Of a stretch of DNA of 64,000 nucleotides, positions 51,701-59,858 are shown piece by piece (position 1 is the first letter of the stretch; the number at the start of each line of letters is the position of its first letter). The notes below the pieces were generated by a model. It saw only the letters and a program-made list of their open reading frames with translations. It was not told the DNA's origin and ran no database searches. Source of the DNA: Thermoplasmatota archaeon (GTDB taxonomy: Archaea; Thermoplasmatota; E2; JACPAO01; JAHFTW01); NCBI GenBank assembly GCA_041601615.1, contig JBFIHX010000006.1, forward strand, positions 64,001-128,000. The letters run 5' to 3'. The translations under genes were made by a program, and so were the position numbers.

Positions 51701-52041
51701 GGCGCCGCCGCAGTCCCCTAGAACAAGAACTGCGCGAAACCCTGCGCACCGTGCGCGGACAAGGCCCCGTCGAAGAAGTGATCCTGCACGCATACTACGT
51801 CCTCCAAAGAGCCGCTCTGCGACGGCAATGGATCACCGAGGAAGCCCCCACGCCTCGCGCGCTCCAAGAAACCCTCATCAAGGAAATCCCCCGCGTGCCG
51901 CAACCACCCCTCGGCGCCCTCATTGGCCTCTTCGAAACCGCCCGCTACGGCAACCGCACCCTAGGAGAACAACACCGCCAACTGGCCATTCGTGCCATTG
52001 AAACCATCCGGCGAGCCACCGCATGGGGAGGTCGAGCATGA
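45772..52041 (+). CDS. 2089-aa membrane protein: TSP3-like Ca-binding DxDxDG repeats, Ig-like stalk, TM, cytoplasmic DUF4129-like domain
   Basis: N-terminal TM; many DTDGDGL.D..E repeats; a T/V-rich Ig-like run; TM near the C-terminus; then YYVL...TPR...LFETARYG (DUF4129 pattern). Confidence 0.85.
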   Translation: MNVAGSQSKGVPRLHPRTLAVTAAVLAVAILIAAVVFAAVSNGSSAADASLPPDAAGFASLDLQGRTDTDGDGLADATENYVTGTDPGNWSTNGDPIPDGWLARVGQDPLRPGAAYLPATSPPSSAVPAAWGPNGIQQLTPSLWDVYSYGRPSDWDEETMGGWNSKLDPNNWDQNNDGIPDGFLLLHGLSPLANIADEKPANGLSVREAYKHATNPTVLDTDGDGLTDQAEIKGGVYDGITVPPSDPLRFDSSGTGACDGYLAYHGIDPNDGALARSDPDKDGASTVQEAIWSFQKLGSFACSTRAGLDPNDATSGDARVPDGWLLRYGLDPLKAGVDTIVTQKASTDPGPALAGADLILTVRDEYNANKPPEWKESVSGPWPHGTDPTKLDTDGDGLGDAWELRGYSITVTTDVGSADSITQKVRPNPTRQDTDGDGVPDGAEANASPPTDATRRDTDLDGLSDQFETAHPRLNPLRADSAGDLLSDGQRYLLLEANAKKYSTNSNYDCIAGPGTCLHKTVNDWLAKTPGGLLQLPLTPAKVAALLGPDGDVDNDGDPNIIDRDMDNDGIDNGAEVDPSLYARTSYGLGPLGARSATDPLNLDSDGDGLRDGWEVQYGVPAGSVYDLDPSLWDSDKNEISDGKEDPDKDSITWFSYRLTGGSAIADPHTFAHDNLSEQTYETHPRKRYSDDDGLRDGWKVFWSQVYPGTVGVNPTLRGDVYPGSPGAFLINPARPAPVVGLAQADTVLSTVATHRTIVLDSTTDDRMLPHEQKGTVYGNIDDGKGGTRNLVVLTGIREFTFSDAQDAVANPYVDDTDGDGMPDAWERAHNLVFGDQECTGSNGPKVAVYDADVDGDGDDLSHGEEYAQWILPPDQRSHPHPLCADSDHDTFSDGEELELGLDLDDPTSGLVDDGTDQDQDGITDLQERRTRGTHPLRVDTDGDGLADGANLGPYPKTSNEAKRLLELGIAMEVQGDNILFFGEQSFNADPLNADPTGTGVPQGWLVVRCQCLTNPPANTRDVYTIGMPAWWDHSIHGPWWGGGVTTAEKNNPTAARNSIDLDEDGLLDRLGEDLYPAVNRANVPLAITPAVHPTLVDWDSEVDPTDGTAPALNRRLAAQSLLNPRVFVETKGIGRDPAPSTQTSPPSQIRATPTLSVDDPGELTKGASFVVSGTLQAAGKIAGVTVVAEIAGQPLGAGFTDSTGAFSFTAKLAADHSVVVPAGSVFKGKSGKAVDWTTDSSALQPGDRKLRVYTYATPNTTPFTADRAPLHRTEQSLPVTVKTPTTVTIETPAEVLAGERFVIQVTTTDASGDPLREPVRIQTPRGTENLAPDINGQVEYAVQSANTDAGSFIIHATTVPTTTLVTSGTADALTRILLPVTINLQALPTSVQAGQTINVGGSVTHALGGASGVPVKLQVAGVVTQVLTNSDGSYNSPLTISKNQAPGTIVVQASAEKTGTTQAKSTSRSTTVLALPRLLDTSPTLMPLGAPVLIKGTLLDAEGAPIANAAIKFTLGDQAGTLTTNTLGAFEKKVAWSPQPGPSQQTLRFAGSSQYGAVEQSKERFMVSDTFLTVEPGTVLRGTTLELKAVLKDAADRPVVGVPIIVGHEGNNVTVVTGAGGLARADLDTTQWSLGEHNLTVGFLGTGDGSLRPTKATSLWTVSSKLKLIVPEGPFLAGTTPTAPRLVDAATGTGVMRDLLLTHPDQSKQSATTRTDGSFDLYGTLPADAEPAEFVWKVHSDGDDNYPAFDQDVPLRIVSATTLTLKISNDAVAGKPLQLQISAIDGRGVPGTGEVRVFLDGVLYERTTLKDGKLILAPVTPDAAQATLKVEFDGSAQQSAATAERTLEVLRPTVIKLDVQEGKNGLARITVTATRDGQPLPYRDLHVSLEDLPGGIDILTDEHGKASFSYQRTQERVAVAVRLDAQSGEERSLATTVLGTPTAPGPDVWSNLAPYVWTLPVLLVLAALSITAALLWRRRSPLEQELRETLRTVRGQGPVEEVILHAYYVLQRAALRRQWITEEAPTPRALQETLIKEIPRVPQPPLGALIGLFETARYGNRTLGEQHRQLAIRAIETIRRATAWGGRA

Positions 52042-54179
52042 ACCGCGCCGTCCAAGTGCTCCTCGGACTGCTTTTGCTCTCTTCCGTAGCAGCCGTCGCC
52101 GTCACGAGTCTCCTTGCCGACGAAAGCCGCTCCGCCTTCCACCAGGACATCAATGATGTGTTTCTGGCCCCTCAGAGCACCGATGTGCGACGCCTCGGCA
52201 CCGGCCCCATGGCACTCGCCAACGAACCGACTCTGCAAGGAGCAACCATCGTCGTGTTGCACGCAGACACCAGCTACAGCACAGCCGAATTGGATGCCCT
52301 CGACAAGCACGTCCAAAATGGCGGCACGCTCGTGATTCTGGACACCCACAGCCGCGGCTCCAGCATCGCCGCCCGCCATGGCATCCTCTTCGAGCGGGTA
52401 CCCCTGGACGAACCACAAGGCTACACGACCGTCGAAGTCGACGGAACCAGCTTGAAAACCAGTACACGCAACGCCACCGCGCTCCTCATCACGCCAGAAA
52501 GCGACGCCGAAGTCCTCGCTTGGAGCACCCCCGAAAGCCACCTAGACCGCACCGGCGACGGCACCATCGACGAAGCCGACCCCAACGGCCCCTTCCCGCT
52601 CATTGCCCGCCTCAATCTCGGAGAAGGCACCATCTGGGCCATCGCCACCCCCGCCGCTTTCGACCCCAATGCCGAACACTTGCTCGACGAAGCCGCCTTG
52701 CGATCCCAAGCCTTCGGAGGCGCTTCACTCGCACTCATTGACGAAGGCCACATCCAAAGCGACGACCCACTCTTGCAAGCTGCGCGCGCCGCCTGGACCC
52801 TCGCCACCAATCCATGGCGCTGGATCATCCTCCCCGTGGCCGCCCTCGCCCTCGTAGCGGCCTTGCTTCCCGCAGAAATTCCCGGCCTGCGACCCCACAC
52901 CTTCAACCCCCGCATCCTACTTTCCAAGCTGCGCCAAGAAACCAGCTCCAGCACCCGCGCCCCCAGCGGCCTCACCGACCGCGGCCGCATCGCACTCGCA
53001 ACCTCCGCCACCCTCGTGCTCGCCAGCGTCGCCTTCGGCAGCCACCAAGCAACCTGGGCCGGCATCTTCCTGCTCGTACCAACCCTCGGCGCATTCTTCA
53101 TCCGACCCCCCGAAGCCACCGCCGTACGCTCCGTGAGCGCCCGCCGCATCCCCGAAGCCACCCCCGTGCGCGTCGACCTTCAAATCCAATTCAAAGGCAA
53201 CCGAGCCGGCATCGTCGTACAAGACGAACTACCCGGCTTCTTCGAGACCGAAGGCCAAGCGCTTCTACACCCGCGACGCCGCACCGAAGAACTGCACTAC
53301 AACGTCAGCCCCGCCCGCCTCGGCCGCTACCAAATCGGCCCCCTCAACGCCGAACGCAGCGACCCCCTAGGACTGCGCGTTCAAATCAACACCCTCGTAG
53401 AAGCCACCGACGTCCGCGTCACGCCTCGCCTCGAAGACACCCGCGACGCCCCCTTCAAGACCCGCATTCCCCAAATCATCAGCGGCGGCCATCAAGTCAA
53501 CCGCGCCGGCGGAGGCACCGAATTCCTGGCCCTGCGCGAATACCACACCGGCGACACCATGCGCATGGTCAACTGGAAAGCCAGCGCCCGCGCCAAGAAC
53601 CTCATGGTCAACCAACGCGTCCACGAAACCCCCCTCATCCTCACCATCATCGTCGACACCCGAGGCATCAGCGACCACGGCCCCGCCGATTCCACTCCCT
53701 TCGTACGCGCCGCCCGCAGCGCCGCCAGCATCGTCCAAGAAACCATTGCCGGCCGCGACCGCTGCCGCATCATCATCTACGGCAACGGCGTGCAGAAAGT
53801 CGAAGGACGCGGCGGCGACGTCCTCCACAAATTCCTCGAACACATGGCCGACACAAGAGCCCACGGCACCACATCCTTGCGCCACGTCGTGGACCAAATC
53901 CACACCGAACTTCGCAAAGGACAACCCGTGGTGTACGTCGGCGCCGGCGAAGACGACGACAGCGTCGAAACCGCCCTCGAAGTCATCCGACGCCGCGGCA
54001 GCCCCCTCCACGTGGTCATGCCCATGATCGAAGACCTCGGAGACCCCGAAACCCGCAGCGCCAGCCGCGACCAACACAAACTCGCCACCCGCCTGCGCGG
54101 CCGCGGCTTCCCAGTCTACGAACTCGAACCCAACCGACGCCTGGAGGACGCCTGGCGCATCCTGGAGGCCCCCGCATGA
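52038..54179 (+). CDS. DUF4350-DUF58 (vWA-like) fusion membrane protein
   Basis: N-terminal YSTAELDALDKHVQNGGTLVI...LGEGTI...LIDEGH (DUF4350-like); TM segments; EFLALREYHTGDTMRMVNWKASAR (DUF58). Confidence 0.85.
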   Translation: MNRAVQVLLGLLLLSSVAAVAVTSLLADESRSAFHQDINDVFLAPQSTDVRRLGTGPMALANEPTLQGATIVVLHADTSYSTAELDALDKHVQNGGTLVILDTHSRGSSIAARHGILFERVPLDEPQGYTTVEVDGTSLKTSTRNATALLITPESDAEVLAWSTPESHLDRTGDGTIDEADPNGPFPLIARLNLGEGTIWAIATPAAFDPNAEHLLDEAALRSQAFGGASLALIDEGHIQSDDPLLQAARAAWTLATNPWRWIILPVAALALVAALLPAEIPGLRPHTFNPRILLSKLRQETSSSTRAPSGLTDRGRIALATSATLVLASVAFGSHQATWAGIFLLVPTLGAFFIRPPEATAVRSVSARRIPEATPVRVDLQIQFKGNRAGIVVQDELPGFFETEGQALLHPRRRTEELHYNVSPARLGRYQIGPLNAERSDPLGLRVQINTLVEATDVRVTPRLEDTRDAPFKTRIPQIISGGHQVNRAGGGTEFLALREYHTGDTMRMVNWKASARAKNLMVNQRVHETPLILTIIVDTRGISDHGPADSTPFVRAARSAASIVQETIAGRDRCRIIIYGNGVQKVEGRGGDVLHKFLEHMADTRAHGTTSLRHVVDQIHTELRKGQPVVYVGAGEDDDSVETALEVIRRRGSPLHVVMPMIEDLGDPETRSASRDQHKLATRLRGRGFPVYELEPNRRLEDAWRILEAPA

Positions 54180-54679
54180 GAGCAGCATACATCGCAGTCC
54201 CCGTCGCCGCCACCGCCGCGACCCTCACCCGATGGCCCGACTTGTGGCTCGGACTCGCCGCGACCTTGCTCGCGATCACATGGATTGCAAGTACACTCCT
54301 AGGCTCCACAAAACCTCGCTTCCAGGGCATAGGCCCCGTCAGCGCCATCGCACTCGCCCTCCTGCCCACTGCCCCCGACGCCGTCTTGCCCATCGGAGGC
54401 ATCTTCATCGGCGGCGCCATCGGCTTTGCCTTACTTTCCGCCCTTCCCCCGCGTCATGAAGGCGTGCACGCCCGCCCCGGATTCGGCGCCTGGATTCCCG
54501 TGCTCGGCGTCACCGCCGCGCTCATCCTCCCACTCCTCGTCCCCCTGCTGTTTGGCCCCGATCGACTCGGCGCCATGGTCGACCGAACCGCCCCAGCGCA
54601 AATTGCAGTCGTCGCAGCCCTGCTTGCCCTCGCCGCAACCGGATTCGTCCTCTTGACTCGCAAGGAAGTGACCGCATGA
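54176..54679 (+). CDS. Small polytopic membrane protein
   Basis: Start re-called at MRAAYIA; ATGA overlaps at both ends; about 5-6 hydrophobic segments. Confidence 0.8.
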   Translation: MRAAYIAVPVAATAATLTRWPDLWLGLAATLLAITWIASTLLGSTKPRFQGIGPVSAIALALLPTAPDAVLPIGGIFIGGAIGFALLSALPPRHEGVHARPGFGAWIPVLGVTAALILPLLVPLLFGPDRLGAMVDRTAPAQIAVVAALLALAATGFVLLTRKEVTA

Positions 54680-57156
54680 ACCAAGCTCGAACCGCCACGC
54701 CCGGCACCCCAGGCATCCTGCTTCTGGTGGCCCTCGTAGCCCTCACCGGACTCGCCACCATCGTTCCCGCACAGGTCATTCCCAACCCGCTCACCATCGA
54801 CGAAATCCAGTACAAAGACGACACCCAGCCATTCTTCACCAACGGCCCCGACGAACCAGACGACGAACGGACCGCGCACGACGCCCGCGTCATCATCACC
54901 GTCGCCAACCATGGCAACCGCCCCAGCCTTGCCTACACGCTGACACTGTACTGGCAGACACGCGACGGCGAACAACGCAACCTCATCAACGGCAACGAAT
55001 CGGAGCCATCCAGCAGCAGCAGCGGCGACCCAATCCAACAAGGCCGATTCTTCGTACACAACTTTGACTGGACACCCCAGCCGGAACAACTGGGCGAAGG
55101 CGCCCTCGTAGTCGAAATACGGGAAACCACCCAATTCGAAATCGTACGCAACGACGTGTTCATCGCAGAACACAAAATCGCCCTCGCCACCAACCCAGCT
55201 CCCCTAGAAATTGGACCCGACCAGATTCTCTCGCTGCCGATCCAATTCAAAAATCAAGGCAACATCGACGAGCACGCTTACTGGTTCATCCTCCAAGGCC
55301 ACACCCGGCTCAATGTATGGTTCCAGGACGCCGAAGCCAACTATCCACAGGGCACCAGCCAACAGATTCTGTTTGTCGAATATCCCTTCCAAGGCACACT
55401 CACGGACGTCGACGACATTCGCATCCGCATCCAGGCCCGCACCGAATCAGGACTGAGCCTTTCCTTGTTCACTCCCGAAATCGACATCCGCAACGCCGAG
55501 ATTCCACCGCCACCCTCCATGAGCGTCGACGGGCCCCCACAAGACGTGTTCGTCAACCCAGGAGGAACCGGAACTGCCTCCTTCGTCCTCACCAACACCG
55601 GCCCCAACGCCGACACATTCTCCTTCAGCGTCCCCTCCACAGTCGGAGGCTGGGAAATCGGCACCCCCACCATCGGCGGCAACGCCGTCCAGTCCGTAGC
55701 CCTACCCAGCGGCGCCAAAACCACCGTAGACGTCACGGTTCGCCCCTTGACCGGCGTCGACCGAGTCACCACGTTGCGTCTCACCGCCACAGCACGCTCG
55801 GGCATCACCGACAGCGGCGACGCCGTTCTGAAACTCGCCGGAGCCCACCCCCTCGTCACGCACTTGCAATTCGTGGATGCCGCGCTCTACAAGGGCGAAG
55901 ACGCCCTGCTCTCCGTTGCCTACGAAAATGCCGGCAACGCCATCCTCCCGTCCTCCACTCTCACCCTCCGCGTCACCTACGCAGACGGCACCATTGGCTC
56001 CCGCATCGTGGATATTGCGCCCATCGAAGCCGGGCGATCTCGCGTCCAAAGAATCTCGGTAGGAGACGCCCTGGCGCCCGGCCCGGCCACGCTGGAAGCG
56101 ACTTTGTTTGCAAGCAGCGGCGTCGAAGCAAGTGTCGCCAACAACGGATTCGTGCGCCTTGCCGCCCTCCGCCTCGACAATGCACACCCCTTGCCCGGAT
56201 TCCCAGGTGAATCCGTTCGCTACCATACGCCCCCGCACGCCTTCAAGGTCATCAACGAGGGCAACATCGCGGAAGTGATCGACCTCACCATCACAGGCGC
56301 GGAGATGATTGGCCAAGCCCAACGAACCCTGGAAGTGGGCCAAAGCATCACCGTAGCCGTGACCCAAGCCATCCCCAGCTCCATCGGGGACCGTGCCTAC
56401 TACGATGTCACCCTTACCGCAGCCCTTCGTGATGCGCCCTCGCACATCCAAGCCGGCAGCGTTCGAACGCCGGTCCGAGACAGCATGCTCCCAAGCGTCG
56501 CATGGATCAAAGTCCCTGCAACCATCCTCCAATACACAGACGCGCCGGTGTTTGTGAGCGCCACGGACGACACCTTCATTTCCACGGTCTGGGTCGAATT
56601 GACCCCCGCCGACCCGGGCGCCCCAGGCGCTCCGGCACCCTACACGCTCACCCTGCACCCTGGCGCCACAGACTGGTTTGGCCTCGTGGACGTTGGTGCG
56701 CCGGCAACCTACCAAATCACGCCATTCGCCGAGGACGCATACGGCAACGTGGGCAAAGGCGAAGCCCGAGAACTCAAAGTTCTAGCGCCGGAAGATGCCC
56801 CGATCATCCCCGACTTGGAACTCACGGTGGACGTCAAGAACATCACCAACAAAGGTGCCCAGATTGTCGTGCGGACCCCCGAATCCCTCGCCAGGGTCGT
56901 CATCGACGGCAACGAGACCGAGCACACCATCACGGACGGGCAAAAGTCCATTGATCTCCTGCTTGCCCCCGGCAACCACACCGTCAACGTCACCGTGACC
57001 CGGGGCGCCGAGACCATCATCCGCAACGCATCCATTGAAATCCCACAACCCGAAGATGCCCCCGGTGCGTGGGCACGCTTCACACCAACCATCCACCCGA
57101 TAGTCGCCCTGGCGGTTTTGTTTTGGGCCGCCCTGGTGATGCGGCGTACAAAATAA
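54676..57156 (+). CDS. Surface protein with NEW3/CARDB-like Ig domains and C-terminal TM anchor
   Basis: Signal peptide; LTNTGPNADTF, N.GN repeats; tail APG...IVALAVLFWAALVMRRTK. Confidence 0.85.
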   Translation: MNQARTATPGTPGILLLVALVALTGLATIVPAQVIPNPLTIDEIQYKDDTQPFFTNGPDEPDDERTAHDARVIITVANHGNRPSLAYTLTLYWQTRDGEQRNLINGNESEPSSSSSGDPIQQGRFFVHNFDWTPQPEQLGEGALVVEIRETTQFEIVRNDVFIAEHKIALATNPAPLEIGPDQILSLPIQFKNQGNIDEHAYWFILQGHTRLNVWFQDAEANYPQGTSQQILFVEYPFQGTLTDVDDIRIRIQARTESGLSLSLFTPEIDIRNAEIPPPPSMSVDGPPQDVFVNPGGTGTASFVLTNTGPNADTFSFSVPSTVGGWEIGTPTIGGNAVQSVALPSGAKTTVDVTVRPLTGVDRVTTLRLTATARSGITDSGDAVLKLAGAHPLVTHLQFVDAALYKGEDALLSVAYENAGNAILPSSTLTLRVTYADGTIGSRIVDIAPIEAGRSRVQRISVGDALAPGPATLEATLFASSGVEASVANNGFVRLAALRLDNAHPLPGFPGESVRYHTPPHAFKVINEGNIAEVIDLTITGAEMIGQAQRTLEVGQSITVAVTQAIPSSIGDRAYYDVTLTAALRDAPSHIQAGSVRTPVRDSMLPSVAWIKVPATILQYTDAPVFVSATDDTFISTVWVELTPADPGAPGAPAPYTLTLHPGATDWFGLVDVGAPATYQITPFAEDAYGNVGKGEARELKVLAPEDAPIIPDLELTVDVKNITNKGAQIVVRTPESLARVVIDGNETEHTITDGQKSIDLLLAPGNHTVNVTVTRGAETIIRNASIEIPQPEDAPGAWARFTPTIHPIVALAVLFWAALVMRRTK

Positions 57157-57216
57157 AATACAAATGTACCCATCGTAGCTAATTTCTTGAAATACCAAGA
57201 AGCTGATGGGCCCGAT

Positions 57217-57474
57217 ATGGTGTGGTGCCTGTGGAATCCTAGATGCTTGTTTTTCGCTATGCTTTGTACATTCACCCTCATCCCGAGCGCGCAGGCACAC
57301 TGCGACCCTACGGCAAATCCTCTATATGTGGCACAACAGCTTCCGATTCACGAACTCACAGGCGGACCGGGCATGGTATGCGACCCCGTTTTCAAGCAAT
57401 TCCCTGTGCCCAATCTAGAGTGTTACTGCCCCCTACCTGGCGGAGCTCCCGACCCCATACACATCTGCACCTGA
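57217..57474 (+). CDS. Small secreted Cys/Pro-rich peptide
   Basis: Signal ending SAQA; 58-aa mature part with 5 Cys (HCDP, VCDP, CYC, IC); stop lies 2 bp before the next start. Confidence 0.55.
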   Translation: MVWCLWNPRCLFFAMLCTFTLIPSAQAHCDPTANPLYVAQQLPIHELTGGPGMVCDPVFKQFPVPNLECYCPLPGGAPDPIHICT

Positions 57475-57476
57475 AC

Positions 57477-59015
57477 ATGCGCATCCAGATTCTCCTCGCC
57501 ATTGTCGTACTTCTCGCCCCCACAGCGTTGGCTTCCATCACAGATGAAGAGAATGTCGTCGCAATTAATATTGATGGCTTTGTTAGTTTTTACTCCACAG
57601 AACTATACATGGATACCAGAGGAATAGGTGAAGTGGAGAGGAATTTCTTGGTAGAGTCTGAAAGTATCAGAGTGGAGTTGGATAATAAATACATTGAGGG
57701 GCACGATTATGGAATAACATCACAGGGCAATTATACCCAAACTGTTCTTTATGATGGCCCCGGCCAATTGACATCTGGCCCAACACATGATAATCACAGG
57801 ATTACGTTGGTATCTCAAGATTCCATCGTGAACTTCAACTCGGATGGCTTCAATGCAACTTTGCGAGAGGGGCACACAATTACGAGGGCCGCACCAGCGG
57901 GCACCAACCGCTCCGATGAAGTTTTTTACTTTGGACCCACGTTTGCAGCGACAGGTTTGCATGGATCGGTTCAAATTACAGGCAATTTTAGCTTTATTTT
58001 GCGCGATTGGGATGGCGTATTGAATACACCTGAGACTCAAATCGATTTTTGGACTGGCGTCCGGCGTGAAGTGAGCGCCGAAATGAAGCCAGTGCAAGAA
58101 ACCATTCCCGACGATATTCAGGAGGACATTCCAGACCCCAATCCCCTTTACTATGGCGGCACTGTGGAAACACAAATTGCTTTTGTATACGTAACAAATG
58201 GGACAATGACATTTGATATCATAGATGAAGAGGCTGGTTCGGCTTATGTTTTCAATAAAGTAGCAGGCGAGGCTTTTGGAAGATTTGATAGCTACCAATT
58301 TAGCTATTACCAATACTTGGGCTTATCAGACTCTAAAAATGGTAATTACTCAACAATTATTCAAGCACCAAGAGATAATGAATTAACTATTGATCTTAAG
58401 CCATTTAAGAAGCCCCTGGGTCAAAATGAGGCAACGCCAGGCACAAGCACCGAAGAAAACAAGGATGATTCCAACCCCGGTTCGCAACCAACCCCCGCCC
58501 CAGTGGAATTGATCGACACCAAGAGCAGCCCAACACCACAAATTCCCTCAGGGGGCATCACCCCATACATTTGGTGGGCCTTGTTGGCTGCCACACCCAT
58601 CCCGCTGGCAATCCTGCGCTTCACCCGCCCCATCGTTCGCATCCGCAAGCTGGAGGACGCCTATGACCTCTCCTTGTACGCCTACGTTCTCGACCGCGCC
58701 CCACAATTGCTGTCGTCCCGCCGGTTTGGCGCCCGGGCCAGCCTGATGTACGCCATCGCACTGTTGGAAAAGAAGGGCCCTGAAGCAGCCGAATCGCACC
58801 TCATGTCCTCCCGGCCACGCAACCGACCCACGGGCGCCACGCTGGATTACCTCATGGCACGGGTTCGAGCCGCGCAGACGCGCTTCGATGAGGCCCGCAT
58901 CCATGTTCGAGCCTGCATCCAGGCAGAGCCGGCATTCATCATGGAGATCAATCGCAACGCAACGCTGGAGTTCCTGTCCCACGCGCCAAGCGACCCTGAC
59001 GAGGGCTACTCATGA
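57477..59015 (+). CDS. Single-pass membrane protein: extracellular beta domain, TM, cytoplasmic TPR-like domain
   Basis: Start re-called at MRIQILLAIVVLLAPTALA; P/T linker; TM YIWWALLAATPIPLAIL; TPR-like YLMARVRAAQTRFDEARIHVRACI..EP.F. Confidence 0.8.
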   Translation: MRIQILLAIVVLLAPTALASITDEENVVAINIDGFVSFYSTELYMDTRGIGEVERNFLVESESIRVELDNKYIEGHDYGITSQGNYTQTVLYDGPGQLTSGPTHDNHRITLVSQDSIVNFNSDGFNATLREGHTITRAAPAGTNRSDEVFYFGPTFAATGLHGSVQITGNFSFILRDWDGVLNTPETQIDFWTGVRREVSAEMKPVQETIPDDIQEDIPDPNPLYYGGTVETQIAFVYVTNGTMTFDIIDEEAGSAYVFNKVAGEAFGRFDSYQFSYYQYLGLSDSKNGNYSTIIQAPRDNELTIDLKPFKKPLGQNEATPGTSTEENKDDSNPGSQPTPAPVELIDTKSSPTPQIPSGGITPYIWWALLAATPIPLAILRFTRPIVRIRKLEDAYDLSLYAYVLDRAPQLLSSRRFGARASLMYAIALLEKKGPEAAESHLMSSRPRNRPTGATLDYLMARVRAAQTRFDEARIHVRACIQAEPAFIMEINRNATLEFLSHAPSDPDEGYS

Positions 59016-59506
59016 TGTTCCTAGCCGGCACCCGAAACGGTCGGGAAACGCGCAAACGCATCGTCGAAGCGGTGCGAGAAAACCCTGGCGTCAACAAGAG
59101 CGACTTGGCGCGTATGCTTGGCCATTCCTGGGGCACCATGAGCCACCACATCCAGAGCCTAGCGCGACGAGGCGACCTGCGCCCCTTCCGCGACGGCCGA
59201 GAACTGTTGTTGTTTCCTCCAGACATTCCCGGTAGCCGTCTTCGTCAACTGGCGGCCATGCAAGGCGACGTTCCAGTGGAGATTTTGCAGCATCTAACGC
59301 GCAGCGAGCGTGGCATCCAGGAACTTTGTACGCTCTTGGGCCGTAGCCGTAAAGTTGTCCGTCGCACGTTGCAGGACATGGACGACGCAGGCCTTGTGGG
59401 TCGCGGCCCTGGCCTGCACGGCAAATTCTTCCTTCGCGACCAGAATTGGGGGAAGCTCGTGGAGTCTCCGCATGTGCCTCTTGAGCTGCTTGACGGCCGA
59501 CGCTGA
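59012..59506 (+). CDS. Tandem winged helix-turn-helix regulator
   Basis: TRKRIVEAVRENPGVNKSDLARMLGHSWGTMSHHI..L, a second HTH (IQELCTLLGRSRKVVRRTL..M..AGLV), and an ATGA overlap with the upstream gene. Confidence 0.88.
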   Translation: MMFLAGTRNGRETRKRIVEAVRENPGVNKSDLARMLGHSWGTMSHHIQSLARRGDLRPFRDGRELLLFPPDIPGSRLRQLAAMQGDVPVEILQHLTRSERGIQELCTLLGRSRKVVRRTLQDMDDAGLVGRGPGLHGKFFLRDQNWGKLVESPHVPLELLDGRR

Positions 59507-59858
59507 CCGCACCGGTTATATCAGGGACTCGAGTGGCCGGCTTCGTCCCCGGAGACGGAGACGAAATGGCCCGTTTTGGCGGGCTAGAAGCACCCGTCGT
59601 TCGCCGTTCGCGGCGGACATGCGGAGGCAAGCACCATGGGTCCGTGGTCTAGCTGGTTATGACATCGCCTTGACATGGCGAAGATCGCCGATTCGAATTC
59701 GGCCGGACCCACTCCTTTTCTTCTTGAGCGCAAGCGCGATTGGCGCCTGCGATTTGATTGCGCCGATCTGCCAATTTAGGGCTGCCCAAGGTTCTTGTGT
59801 CGCGGCAGAGGCTGCCGCATTCGGCGGGTTTTATGCGGGCAGGCATCCATTGGTAGGC

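Noticed and set aside
52814-54175. Arg/Pro-rich N-terminal part of the 621-aa ORF
   Set aside because: Alternate frame of the DUF58 gene; only the part from 54176 looks like a real protein.
59310-59858. N-terminal two-thirds of the 296-aa ORF
   Set aside because: Overlaps the wHTH gene and looks non-coding; only the part from 59859 resembles a SnoaL-like protein.
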